Origin: Takakia lepidozioides
Lineage: Eukaryota > Plantae > Bryophyta
Length of the DNA: 64,000 bases
NCBI GenBank assembly: GCA_030704615.1
Contig: CM060733.1
Span: 65,100,001-65,164,000 of the forward strand
Reading direction: 5' to 3'
Part shown: positions 38,024 through 49,214 of the stretch, in pieces
Layout of the letters: each line of letters begins with the position of its first letter
Numbering within the stretch: the stretch's first letter is position 1
Notes under the pieces: generated by a model
The model's database searches: none
Seen by the model: the letters and a program-made list of their open reading frames with translations, nothing else
What the model was told of the DNA's origin: nothing
Translations under genes and position numbers: made by a program

Positions 38024-39099
38024 AATGAGGTGTACACCATCACCATTTCAGAATTACCCACCTGCAATTGCACCGACTTCCAGATCATGGCAAACAAGGG
38101 GGCATCATACTGCCCTTGCAAGCATTTGTACTACGTGTACCTAAAGAGACTCCGTTGTAATTCCACAACTCATCACTTCATACATGCACCAGGGTTGAGC
38201 CCCCAGGAGGTTCACACTCTTCTGAATATGGATCCAGGGGACCAGTGAGCTTGGCTTGCGGTCCCAATACAATGGTACGCCCATCCTTTTCGGATAGTAG
38301 AACTGTACTGCTGCCAGTACCTCAGACTCTGGCCACAGAAAGGTCCGACATATGTCTTGCCTACCAGTAACCTGTTTTGCTCGAACTAAGATATTACTAT
38401 ATCGTTCACTTGTTTCCACGTGCATGTATTTTTGTATGTTGGAGGGTTCATGTTTTTCTGCTTTCCGAAAACTTGCTTTCCTCATTCGACCTCCGACAAG
38501 GAAATGCGGCGCCGCATTTCCAAGTATCGTCGTAGGTACCCCCAGAGGCGGCCTTCGCCAACACCAAACCGCTCCGAAATTTCGCACGTGCGAACCCTAA
38601 TGCGGCACCATATTTCCCAGTTCAGTTGCAAACCTTTCCCGCCCAATACCCGAAGAAGACAGAATTGTGAAGTACTGCAGACTGTATTGGTGCAGACTCC
38701 ATTGGTTCAATCGCGGCAAAAGGGTCAGCTTCATTCCAATGTTAAGGCATGTAAAACCGCGGAATACTCTATACAGGCCAGTATGCGACGTCCTTTTGCA
38801 GTGGTATACTGGATTTCCCGTTGCACGGTCACTTATTTCCATGAGCGGATCTAAAAAACCATGAGCGGACTTGTTACTGACGACATATCTTCGCCGCATT
38901 ACATGATCTGGAACGTCCAAAAACGGCAAGGTCAAATAAAAAACTATTATTTTAATACTTGTTTAATCTGCCGCATTTCCAAATTTGGAGGAGTCCGCTC
39001 ATGAAATCCGCGTATCTTAGACTTCGGCTCACCGCTCATGCGGCTCATGCGGCTCATGGCTCATGGCTCATGGTTTCTGCTCATGAAATAGTAAACCTC
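38024..39099 (+). mobile_element. Near-identical duplicate of 27003-28078 (SWIM tail plus terminus)
   Basis: Same sequence with few substitutions; TIR ends at 39099; different flanks. Confidence 0.9.
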
Positions 39100-39937
39100 C
39101 TCCTCCTCCATCCGGGAGCTGCTGTCATTGAGCGTACTCCGCTACTCTTTTTCAAGGATGCCGTGCCGCAGAAATCCAGCCGACTGCCCTTATCATGGCC
39201 ACGATTATGCTATGTTCAAACCAGAATCAGGAGACATCATTGTCTGGCTCTCTGTTTTCACAGACGCTGCTGGAATCAAGCAAGAGTCTTTGCGCGCAAT
39301 GGAGTATCTGGAGGGCTATTACCGCTTTGAGCGAGGTGAGGGCGAGGGTCAATGCGGTCCGTGGGTCCTGAAAATTGTTGACCTCGATATACCAAGCTGG
39401 AAAGGGATGCCGGACAGATCACGCACGGCCTCGCTTTGGCGCTGGAACTGCTGCCAGTGACCAGGGAGGACGGCACCGGGGAAAACTATATACGTGCAGA
39501 TCACTCCGCTCTTCCAGTGTATGGAGACATTCGGCTGAGTTGCGAAGACGAATCGCACGGGCACATGAGGCCCACAGTGACCTTGTCAATGTATGATGGT
39601 GGTATCATTGATGGACATGACATTGTCGTCGGCTCCAGCAAGGGCAGCAGAACGACCGAATTGCAGTTTACCTCGAGGTGCCGCAGCAGTAATGAGCTTG
39701 TTTTGAGGGGTATCGAAGTTCCGTCGACTTGGTGAAGCCCATGTAGAAGGAGGAAGGGCTTAGTTTTGTCTGTAGTTGGTAAATGTGAGACATCGTGTCC
39801 GACCAATAAACCCATCGTACCTCACTTCTGTATGATTGTGTTTCATTGTGTTGAATAACTGTCGGAATTGGCCCACTGTTTACAATTTGATGTCTCTTCT
39901 ACAATGCGTCTGTCCGGATGAATATACCAGAGTAACG

Positions 39938-40740
39938 CCATGTCGGACATTGAAATGCGGCACCAAATTTCCATGTCGGACATTGGAATGCGGTGCCGCA
40001 TTTCCATGTCGGACAAGGAAATGCGGTGCCGCATTTCAATGCCGACATGGAAATGTATGAACCGCATTTCAGTGTCGGACAATGGAATGCGGTGCATCAT
40101 TTCCGTCCAGGTACACGAAATACCAACACGGTCTATAAATTGGACAGACAACGAGGTTGGCATTGCAAATGCGGCGACGCATTTCCAGCTTGGCAATGGA
40201 AACTTCTTTTTGGACAAGGGAATGCGGTGCCGCATTTCCGTCCAACACTTCGAAAAGTGTGACATTTCCGACCAGCGCGATGGAATGCGTAACTGCATTT
40301 CCGTGAGTGGGTCTGCAAATGGACAAATTGCGATGTCCGTTCTGGAAATGCGGCGCCGCATTTCCATGTCCGTCATCGACTTTTTTTTGACAATGGAATG
40401 CGGTGCCAATTTTTGCTGATGGGCCTGCAGTTCGAACAACGACCATCCCCAATATGGAAATGCGGCACCGCATTTCCAATTCCGCCATCTCGACCTCCTT
40501 GTTCGACCTCTGTAAGCGTGGTGGCATCCATGCAATGAGCGGGAGAGGCCAAAACTGGCGTGTGGACAAAGGAAATTTTGGAAATGCGGCACCGCATTTC
40601 CAATCGGCCGATTACTTTTTACTATGCCAACATTGAAATGGAAAATCTAGTCCCTCCCCTGTTTTGGAAATGCGGTGCCGCATTTCCAAAAGAGGTTTTT
40701 AGAGTTGCCAAAATTTTGGAAATGCGGTGCCCCATTTCTG
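39938..40740. repeat. Array of ~13 palindromes GGAAATGCGGYRCCGCATTTCC
   Basis: Perfect copy at 40344-40365; others at ~39952, 39985, 40017, 40084, 40165, 40219, 40282, 40395, 40456, 40580, 40666 and 40718. Confidence 0.9.
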
Positions 40741-40874
40741 ATTTTGGGAGCGTCGTGGTTTGGGCGATTGTGTGGCTGGAATGCACACAAGAGAGGGGTC
40801 ACGAATGTCGGGGGATTTTCCTTTATATACTCTGGAAGAGAATTTACATTTACAGAGACTTCATTAAAATTCTA

Positions 40875-41884
40875 TTAATCTTGAAAATCATCCGAATCCT
40901 CATCCTGTTCTAGACTATCCTGCTCCGCCTCCACCCCCTCATTGCCTTTCTCATCTCCAACGGACTGTTCGTTGGCGAGGCTTTCGAAAATCCCATCTTC
41001 CCCTTGCGGAACTGTCCATCTCACCTCCGTTGGGTCGTCTTCCTCCCTGTCTGCGTCGCTCTCATCCGCTGAATCACATATGTACTTTCGTACCCGTCTA
41101 CCTGTCTGAGCTGCTGCCAACTCTTTCCTTATCCTTCTGTCCTCCCTAGCCCTCTCCAAAATCTGCTCTACTTTACTGGGATTCTCACTTCTTCTAATCG
41201 CTGTATTTGCGAGTTTAGCTGCATAACTAGGAAGGGAGTAGTCCCTCACCGGGCTCGTCATGAAGTCGGCCCTCGCAAAGAACGGGACATTCTTCCTGGC
41301 AAGAAGTGTAGGCCCTACATGTTTCGACTCGGACCCTGCAATCCTACACATGACAATCATCAACGAGACTAATGAGAACCACAGTCCGGAAATTCGTTTG
41401 ACAAAAATGACCCAGAAGGCTTTGCAAACTTACAATGTTTGCACTCACTCGTATTCCGGGTTCTCCTCCGCATCAATGTCCACTGTGTCTTCCTCGGACT
41501 CCGACGAATCCGAGGAGACTTCCGCTCTGTTGGGAGCCTTAACATTCCGTTGCAGCCCTTCCAGATGGGATCCCCACACGGATGAATCCTCCTCGTAGGC
41601 AAAGAGGTGCAGGTCGGAAAACCGCCCAGCCCACATTGAGGCACCTGTTACAATGCCATCCACACATTACAACATGGCGCTTCAGATGTTGCGAACTACA
41701 TCCTAACGAGAATTTGCAGAACAACATAGATCAAGATTCTACATACCTGTCCCACAGATGAGGTCGAGCACTGTGCCCTCCACGTCTGTGCATGTCTCCA
41801 TAATTGTCTGAATGAAGGCAGGGCTCCGAGTCCGTGAGTACCGCAGGGGTTCCGTTGAAGTGAGGCTATGAGGGAGAAGTTCCT
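40875..41884 (-). CDS. C-terminal three exons of a second methyltransferase-like cargo gene (5' part lost in the gap)
   Basis: RSPAFIQTIMETCTDVEGTVLDLICGTG|ASMWAGRFSDLHLFAYEED; exons 41884-41747, 41644-41449 and 41343-40875 splice in frame. Confidence 0.75.
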
Positions 41885-42384
41885 NNNNNNNNNNNNNNNN
41901 NNNNNNNNNNNNNNNNNNNNNNNNNNNNNNNNNNNNNNNNNNNNNNNNNNNNNNNNNNNNNNNNNNNNNNNNNNNNNNNNNNNNNNNNNNNNNNNNNNNN
42001 NNNNNNNNNNNNNNNNNNNNNNNNNNNNNNNNNNNNNNNNNNNNNNNNNNNNNNNNNNNNNNNNNNNNNNNNNNNNNNNNNNNNNNNNNNNNNNNNNNNN
42101 NNNNNNNNNNNNNNNNNNNNNNNNNNNNNNNNNNNNNNNNNNNNNNNNNNNNNNNNNNNNNNNNNNNNNNNNNNNNNNNNNNNNNNNNNNNNNNNNNNNN
42201 NNNNNNNNNNNNNNNNNNNNNNNNNNNNNNNNNNNNNNNNNNNNNNNNNNNNNNNNNNNNNNNNNNNNNNNNNNNNNNNNNNNNNNNNNNNNNNNNNNNN
42301 NNNNNNNNNNNNNNNNNNNNNNNNNNNNNNNNNNNNNNNNNNNNNNNNNNNNNNNNNNNNNNNNNNNNNNNNNNNNNNNNNNNN
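41885..42384. other. Assembly gap (500 N)
   Basis: Run of N. Confidence 1.
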
Positions 42385-43068
42385 GGAAGTCCGGGAAATT
42401 TGTTCGATGCAGGGGCGCCCGAAGCCGCTTCCCCCAATGCCTATCTTCGAGTGAGTTGCACCATAGTAAGTGTATTGGTTTTGGTTGTAGGGACCATGCA
42501 ACCTACCGATGATTCCCTGTTTGAATTCTCTAATGTACTTCATTCTATGTTTGTGCGTACACTCAACCTTGCAGAGTCGTCCGACGAGGAGAAGCTGGGA
42601 GACTTGCCCGAATCGGACCCTGTTGCAGAGGAGGAGACAGAATCGCATCGGCCATTCTTTGCCAGAAAATCGTTTCTCGTGAGTCCCCAGAAGCCCTTTT
42701 TTCTACCAGCCTATGCAGACACGGCTGCCAAAGAAGCCATCAGGAGGGAGGATAGGCCTACTCAGTTAGAGCAATTGATATACGGGAATGAGCAGAGAAT
42801 TATAATGAGGCGTGAGGCCAAACATAGAATTGTGAAAGGCAGAGTAGGGAAGTTTGTAATAGAATCCGCGTCCGAGAGCGAGGGGAATGTTGAGGACACT
42901 TCCGCACCCAGGTGGACAGTTCCGGCTGGTGAGGATGGTATTTTTGAGGGGAGGGCTTCTCAGAGTAACAGCGGTAGCGGCAGTGCAGGTTCGGAGGCAG
43001 GTGGAAGGCAGCCATCCTTGCATGAGGGCGGGGATGCATCGGACAGTGATAGCGGATCCTCACCATAG
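42385..43068 (+). CDS. C-terminal tail of a further cargo-gene paralog (partial)
   Basis: PFFARKSFLVSP..FFLPAYA..AIRR..RWTVPAGEDGIFE aligns with 40875-41343. Confidence 0.65.
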   Translation, partial: GSPGNLFDAGAPEAASPNAYLRVSCTIVSVLVLVVGTMQPTDDSLFEFSNVLHSMFVRTLNLAESSDEEKLGDLPESDPVAEEETESHRPFFARKSFLVSPQKPFFLPAYADTAAKEAIRREDRPTQLEQLIYGNEQRIIMRREAKHRIVKGRVGKFVIESASESEGNVEDTSAPRWTVPAGEDGIFEGRASQSNSGSGSAGSEAGGRQPSLHEGGDASDSDSGSSP

Positions 43069-43299
43069 CAAAGTCTCATTTGGATCCTTTTGTTGTACAG
43101 TTCTGAAACACTTAATGAAAATATTGACGATTTGAAAAATCATTGTGTTCAGACTGCTTGTCCATTCCCTACATTTCTTCCGCCAACCAAAATCTATAAT
43201 AAAAGCAGAAGAGACGCAAACTTCAGTGAAGAACCCTACAAGTAATTTATGCACACCATCGAGCCGGGAACTTGAAGCCATGAAAACCCTGCCGTTTCT

Positions 43300-43759
43300 A
43301 ACATTCCTATTGGGAAATTTGGCGCCGAAATAGCCCAGTTTGCGCCTTCGTTATATGGGCCTCAAAAATTCCACGGATGAATTACTGCACCAAAATATTG
43401 CGATGGAAGCCTTCAGCACAAGGCACTTCACCACATTCCACTTGGGTATTTCGGCGCCGAAATTGCCCGTTCTGCGCCTTTAAATACCGCACTATATCAC
43501 ATTTTAAGAGGTAATTTCGGTGCCGAAATACCCCGGTGGATGTCTTCAAAACACCATTTTAGCACACTGCTCTTGGGAATAACGGCGCCGAAATTCCTCA
43601 TTCCGCATCCTGGACCAGGAGAAACAGACCCTATTACCGAGGTAAGAGGACATAACACCGTCAATAAAGGCAGGAAAATTCCAATTCCGCGGATGCCCGC
43701 TCATGAGCTCATAGGCTCATAGGCTCATGGGCTCATGCGCTCATGAAATAGTAAACCTC
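43300..43759 (+). repeat. Subterminal repeats and terminus of a GAGGTT-type transposon
   Basis: tttcggcgccgaaa palindromes, GCTCAT repeats, TIR GCTCATGAAATAGTAAACCTC ending at 43759. Confidence 0.85.
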
Positions 43760-44519
43760 TTCTCAGTCTCGCCCAGTATCATTGCTTCTCAATTCCCCCT
43801 GCATATGGGTGAACCACTCAAACCAGTAGAATGCATCAGAACCATATTTTCAGCTTAGAATGCAGGTCAGTTGGAAACTCACACAAACCACTACAAGTGC
43901 TCATTTTTCGTGCTTTCCTACTGTAGTGCAACCAACTAGCACAGTGGCAGCGGAGTTGGCCAAAGCAGTCCCGAGATGGCACAAGCACTCTGCGTCTTTC
44001 CACTAGCAGTTGTACCCGTCACTGCCATTGCGTGGGGACGACGCCACACGTCGACCCACACACTCTCCACGTGGTCCCCGTGGAATCGTCTACCGGAAGT
44101 TGTGCAGTTGACTTCGCCAGTGGCTGTTGCGACGTCACATGCAGCACTCCAAGTGATGTGGCCGACTGCGATGTGGCGTCTTGGGCCCGTGGCCACGCGG
44201 CAGCATTGCCGCTCGTCGCGGCGCCGCCACATCGGCATCCACGCCCGCATCCACGTCCGCGTCCATGTGTCACCGCGCCCCGGGTGAGTCAGTCCACTCA
44301 TCCGGAGGGAAAAGTCAAAGTCAGCCCAAAAGGTCAGACACACGGGCGGCCCGCCTGGTTACGCCACGTGGTTCTTCAGCATTAATCGCATTAATCGCTG
44401 AGCAGTTGTTCGCGCGTCTGCGTCCTTTACCACTCCAATCATTGGATGTCCAACCCAACTGCCACGTCTGTTGTAACTAGTCTGTTGTAACTTCCAGTCG
44501 ATCCCAGTTTTTTGACTTT

Positions 44520-45150
44520 TACGACTCAAAATGAGTCGTGACCCCAGTGGTAAATGACACGAATGCTTCTAGTGATGGTAGACGCCATATCCAGCTCGGG
44601 AGCCGGAGTGGGAGCCGTCTGTATAGTGTGAATGGAGAGGGGGGTATTTGGGAGAAGTATGCCCTTGGTATACTGGTGGGGCACCATAGGAGGTTATGTC
44701 CTGGATGGTAATGGGGCGGGGAGTGCCTTAGTCCAGACTTGGTTCGGTTTGGCTTGGAGGGAGGTCTGGGGGGAGGGCTGTGTGGTGGTGAGGATGGGTG
44801 GGTGGGTGGTGAGTAACATACCATGGGTATCGGATAAGAGATGGTTAAGGCGAGTGATAAAGCCTGGGGGTATGGAGGTACGGGAGGTATTATGGACAAG
44901 CAAAATCAGGGTTAGAGTGGGTTCCTTATGCCGGAGGTATTTAGGGAGGGCAATTCGTGCATATAACGTAGATGGTTGGGTTCAATGGTCGCTAATGGTG
45001 TCACCTCAAGTGGGAGTTGTAGGAGGGGGTGTTGGTGGTCAGGTGTCCATAGTTGTGTGAGAATGAGGATAGTGGTGGCGGAGGGGGAGGAGTGGGCGGC
45101 ATCTATACACCAATTTTTAGAAACGCCTTGGCAAAACCTAAGCAACCCAG
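44520..45150 (-). mobile_element. Probable LINE internal fragment
   Basis: Same Pro/Thr/His-rich, C/A-skewed composition as the 45698-47190 LINE; no diagnostic motif. Confidence 0.4.
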
Positions 45151-45152
45151 TA

Positions 45153-45695
45153 GGAAGCTATACAAGACTAAATTCATCATAATCAACAATCCTGAGCTCT
45201 TGCCCTCCTCGGATAAAAAAATTCCGCATACAGAAGTAGCCGAATCTGAGATTTAGGCCAGTTGCCGATGTCGGCGGACAGATTTCTTGTGCCAACATTT
45301 TCCGCTCCTCTTCAATTGTCAGAATGTCAGATTTCTTGATAGTCTTCCCAAGACCAGCATTTAAAGCTCGCAATGCTGCTTCATCACCTACTATTTTTAC
45401 TCGACGATATCTCACGTCAGTGAAAATGTTAAACGACACTGAAGGTGCTTTCCCGATCTCAATAACACGTTGGCCCTGTCTTTGTCTGATAAACCTTCCA
45501 ATGCTTATTATCCAAGCTTGGATACTGCAATACAACTCAAAAATAGTTAGAACAATTTAAGCTACCGAAACCATGGACACAGAAAAACAGAATATCATAA
45601 TGGACAAGTACCTTGTTGGAGGGTATAAACTGCCATCCTTTTTTGCCTCCTGAAGGACGAATAGGGCAAGCATGTCCACAAGATCTTTCAGAGGG
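45153..45695 (-). pseudogene. Crypton-like tyrosine recombinase (DUF3504-type) fragment; intron 45611-45525
   Basis: LALFVLQEAKKDGSLYPPTS|IQAW...GLGKTIKKSDILTIEEE...NFFIRGGQELR. Confidence 0.7.
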
Positions 45696-47190
45696 GAGAG
45701 AGAGAGAGAGAAGACTCCGACCGAAGCCGGCGTAACTAAGAGCCACTTCACCTTGCCGCTACTACCCCCTGTCGGGGGTGGGCCCTATAATAAACACAGG
45801 TGTCCGGTTGAACACCTAGTAACCGGGGGTATATGTGCTATGGTGCCAGATATATATAAAAGGGGAAGGGGTATCCCCGGGGGGGGGGTACTCCCGAGGG
45901 GGAACCCCGGGGTATCTAGGACAATGTTGTGGGATCGGATTCTAGTTTTCGTTTATTGGTGATAATAGGAATGAAGGGATGTGAGGTGGATGGCTTGGAA
46001 ACATTTGTGGATAGGGAAAATATGGATTTGAAAGTTGTTATGCAGGTCATTGATGCTGGCATTGTGTATTCCACCTCCAGTACCTGCCGTGATAACGGTT
46101 ACAGGGCCGGTGCGCCATCCTCGTCGGCGAATAGCGAGGATGAGTGGAGCATATTTTTGTCGTTTTTCCAGGATAGCGTTATGTGGGTAGCGGTCGTGAC
46201 AGAATGTGAATACAATGAAGTGAATCGTGAGTGATGGGGATGATGTGATAGGGTGTGGGGCATTCATGGGTTGACCCTGCACCATTAGGATGTCTGGGCA
46301 GAGTCTAGCTAGATAGGTGCATGGTCGGGACAGACAGGAGCATGGGAGTAGCCATGGTGGGACAGTGTGATCGGGTGAGCGGCCTTGGTATGTGCATGCG
46401 TTAAGGAGTGTGAACCATCTGGTTTTGGCACGGCTGCGCAGTACTTTGTGGATATGCCAGACTGCTTGGTTATGGCGAGTGATATGTAGGCCGTGTATAA
46501 TGGGATGCGTGCATTGGCTGAGTAAGTGTGGCCAGGTGTCACGTTCCTGATGGGTGTGTGAGCAGAGTGGACAGAATGGGGATGGGAAGAGGGGTGGCCA
46601 AAAAATGTGTTTGCGTTGGTGGCCCATATATCAATTGGGCATATCTGAATTTAAGGGTTTGGCGGATCTGTGCATCTGTAGTGGTTTTGGTATTCCAAAA
46701 ATGGTTTGATAGTTTATGGTGTAGCACCGTGGATTGAGTCCACTTCTGAATGTGGATCTTAGTATGGCTAATTGATGCAGCAACTTGTTTGTTGGCCTCC
46801 CGGGAGAGGGTGGCTAGGAGGTCGCGGACAGGTCTAGGTGCGGGTGGGCCTGGGACGGGGTGTATGAACCAAAATGGGTGAGTATGGGCGATGTGAATAG
46901 GGTCATCAGATGCGATTACGGGGGGCTTGGAGGCGCCTTCCTGGGCAAGTAAGTCGGCAGCATCGTTGCCATGTATCCCAGTGTGTGAGCGGACTTTGCG
47001 GAAGTGGATGGGGTGTGGTTGGGAGAGAGCTAGTTGAACAATGGCCATGATAAGGTTGCGGTCAGGGTGGTGGTGATGGGATGTCGGGCGGGCGACGTGG
47101 TTTCTAATAAGGAAGAGTGAAGTAAGACTGTCAGTGAAGATATAGTAGGGGGGAGGGAAAGTATCACTTGACATAATCATGCTATCTGGC
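45696..47190 (-). mobile_element. RandI/Dualen-like LINE 3' part: RNase H, CCHC finger, restriction-like endonuclease, (CT)n tail
   Basis: IFTDS..KVRSHTGIHGNDAADLLA; CPLC..HLLSQC..RHNQAV; PDIL..EKRQKY. Confidence 0.8.
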
Positions 47191-47199
47191 ACATCCATA

Positions 47200-47908
47200 A
47201 ACTACTTCTACGCCGCTCTGAAACACGTTGGCTTTCACTCATCAATGTCGGGACCTACCAGGGTAGGCCCCCTGACCACACGGTACCCTCATGGCTCTTG
47301 CCATATACATGCCGGCCACCCTCACCTTGCACTTTCCCCGCCAGACTCTGTCCAGACATACTTCTAATCCACGGTTTACCCATAAACGCACCACCGCCCA
47401 GCTCCCATCCCCAAACCTTACCATACACTTTATTGAATTCACATATTGTAATGACAGCTACCCCGGCTCCTCCACATTGGAAAAACGCCAAAAATACGCT
47501 CCACTCATTCTAGCCATCCGCCGCCGTGGTTGGTCCACTGCCCCCCTAACAATCATTACTGCCGGTACCAAGGGCAGCATCCACAATGCGCGTATCTCTG
47601 CTCTTCACAATAACGTCAAAATACCTATCTCCCCTATACAAAATGCTTCAAAGCTATCCACCTGACTGCATTGCACTCCCTCGCCGCTATTATCACCAAC
47701 AAAAGGCAGCTTGAAAACCATACCTCGTAGGCCTCTTGTTACTTTGTATACCCCTGAGGTACCTCCCCGACCACCCTTCCCCTGGGTTACGGGGTGCCCT
47801 CCGGGCACCCACTAGTTTTTTTATAGGGCCCACCCCCGAAAGGGGGCAGTAGCCGCAAGCGAAGTGGCTCTTAGTTACGCCGGCCACGGCCAGAGTCATC
47901 TCTCTCTC
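47200..47908 (+). mobile_element. Second, diverged RandI/Dualen-like 3' end in opposite orientation
   Basis: PDILLI..IEFTYCND..EKRQKYAPLI; shared 3'UTR gtggctcttagttacgccggc; (TC)n tail at 47899-47908. Confidence 0.8.
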
Positions 47909-48420
47909 CCTGGCATCGTGGGGACCCGCATCTCCGGATTGGAGGCATTGGTGGATTGGTCTCAGTCCATCCATCCACTGAAAGACTGTAAGCACATGGA
48001 AGCACTCGTTCTCCTTCAAAGGGTCCAGACCCAGTTCATGTGGTCCCCACTCAGAATTTGGAGCACACGAGAATCTAGAGCGGAGTACAACCGTGTTGGA
48101 CTGTTTTGCAACCGCAGTGTTGGTGTCATCATAAATGCCAGACCAACCCACTCTACTTGTAGAAACATGAGCTGTTAGAATGATGTCACCTGCGGTAGTT
48201 GGGACTGCATCAAACTAGTGGATGCACTTCCTTCTCCCATTATGCGTATGCTTCAGAGGGGATCCAGACCTGAAAGACCATGGACCACTGCGGGTGACAT
48301 ATGTATCGGTATTGAGGATGGAGTCATGCATGTGATGTTTGCTTCCTTCATGCATATGCGCAAGAACAGCTCCTCGGTCTTCTTACGTGTGTTGCCCCAT
48401 TGGGGGAGGAATCATTTTCA
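47909..48420 (-). pseudogene. Possible decayed 5' part of the Crypton-like gene
   Basis: Lies directly upstream of 45695 once the LINE pair is removed; weak SRF...VFQW similarity to Crypton N-termini. Confidence 0.3.
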
Positions 48421-49214
48421 TCATTTCGTCTTTTTATTTTGGTGGGATATGCGCGTTTGTGTTTGGAAGGAGAGAATAATTAGGCAGGAGGTGGTAGTTG
48501 ACGAGCCCTGAGCGCGTGCGGTCAGGGCGACGACAGACTAGCCTAGTGGGGTAGTGGTAAGTCGCGGTGTAGGGTGGGCTCAATGAACCGCCTACCCGGC
48601 TGCGGTTAGTGCAGGGTTTGCAGCAGGCATGAGGGTCTAAACTATCAATTCTAAGATCCTACTGGCAAAGAGAAGCTCAGATGCTTTCCTCTACAGGGCA
48701 ATTTGCGTATTCTAGTCCTACAGTTTGTTTATGGTTTTAGCCTGCAGCACCCTCCCCCCTCTTTTCCGAGTTGTAGTGCGCACCAAAGAGGAGGTGAGAG
48801 AGGATTTAGGGTGGAGGAGAAACGCACCATTGAAGCGCCCGTGCCGGAGCTCCAAGCGCCATCTCCCGCGCCGTGCGACTAGCTCCAACGCCCCGCAGGT
48901 ATGCCACCTTCCCTCCTTCTCTTGCTGTTGGAACCCGAAAGCCTACCCTCTCTCACCATCACTCACACCCTCTCTCTCTCTCATGTGGGCATGCACATGC
49001 GGGGAGCAAAGGAACGGGCACAACGGGCACCGAGAGGGAGAGAGGCAGGGGACGCCGCGGGTGCCTACGCCGCGCCAGGGAGTCGGCAGCAGCAATAGCA
49101 GCAACCGGGGGGGGGGGGTGGTGGGGGTGGTGGGAGGGCAGCAGCAGCGGGGGCGGGTGTTTGAGTTAGGTTCTTCCTCCCTCCCCATTTCTCAGCTTCT
49201 TAGGGTGTACAAGG

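Noticed and set aside
39843-40592. ORFs with repeated EMRHRIS / KCGAAF peptides
   Set aside because: Translations of the DNA palindrome array on both strands.
39938-40740. CRISPR-like array of palindromic repeats
   Set aside because: Eukaryotic context, irregular spacing, spacers related to each other, no cas genes; the same palindrome occurs singly in transposon arms.
43889-43928. 40-bp mini-CACTA (CACTACA...TGTAGTG)
   Set aside because: No TSD (AAC vs CAA); a 7-bp match can be chance.
34432-48778. Single CACTA element from CACTACAAC (34432) to GTTGTAGTG (48778)
   Set aside because: Only 9 bp of inverted match, flanks CAC vs CGC, and no shared subterminal repeats at the right end.
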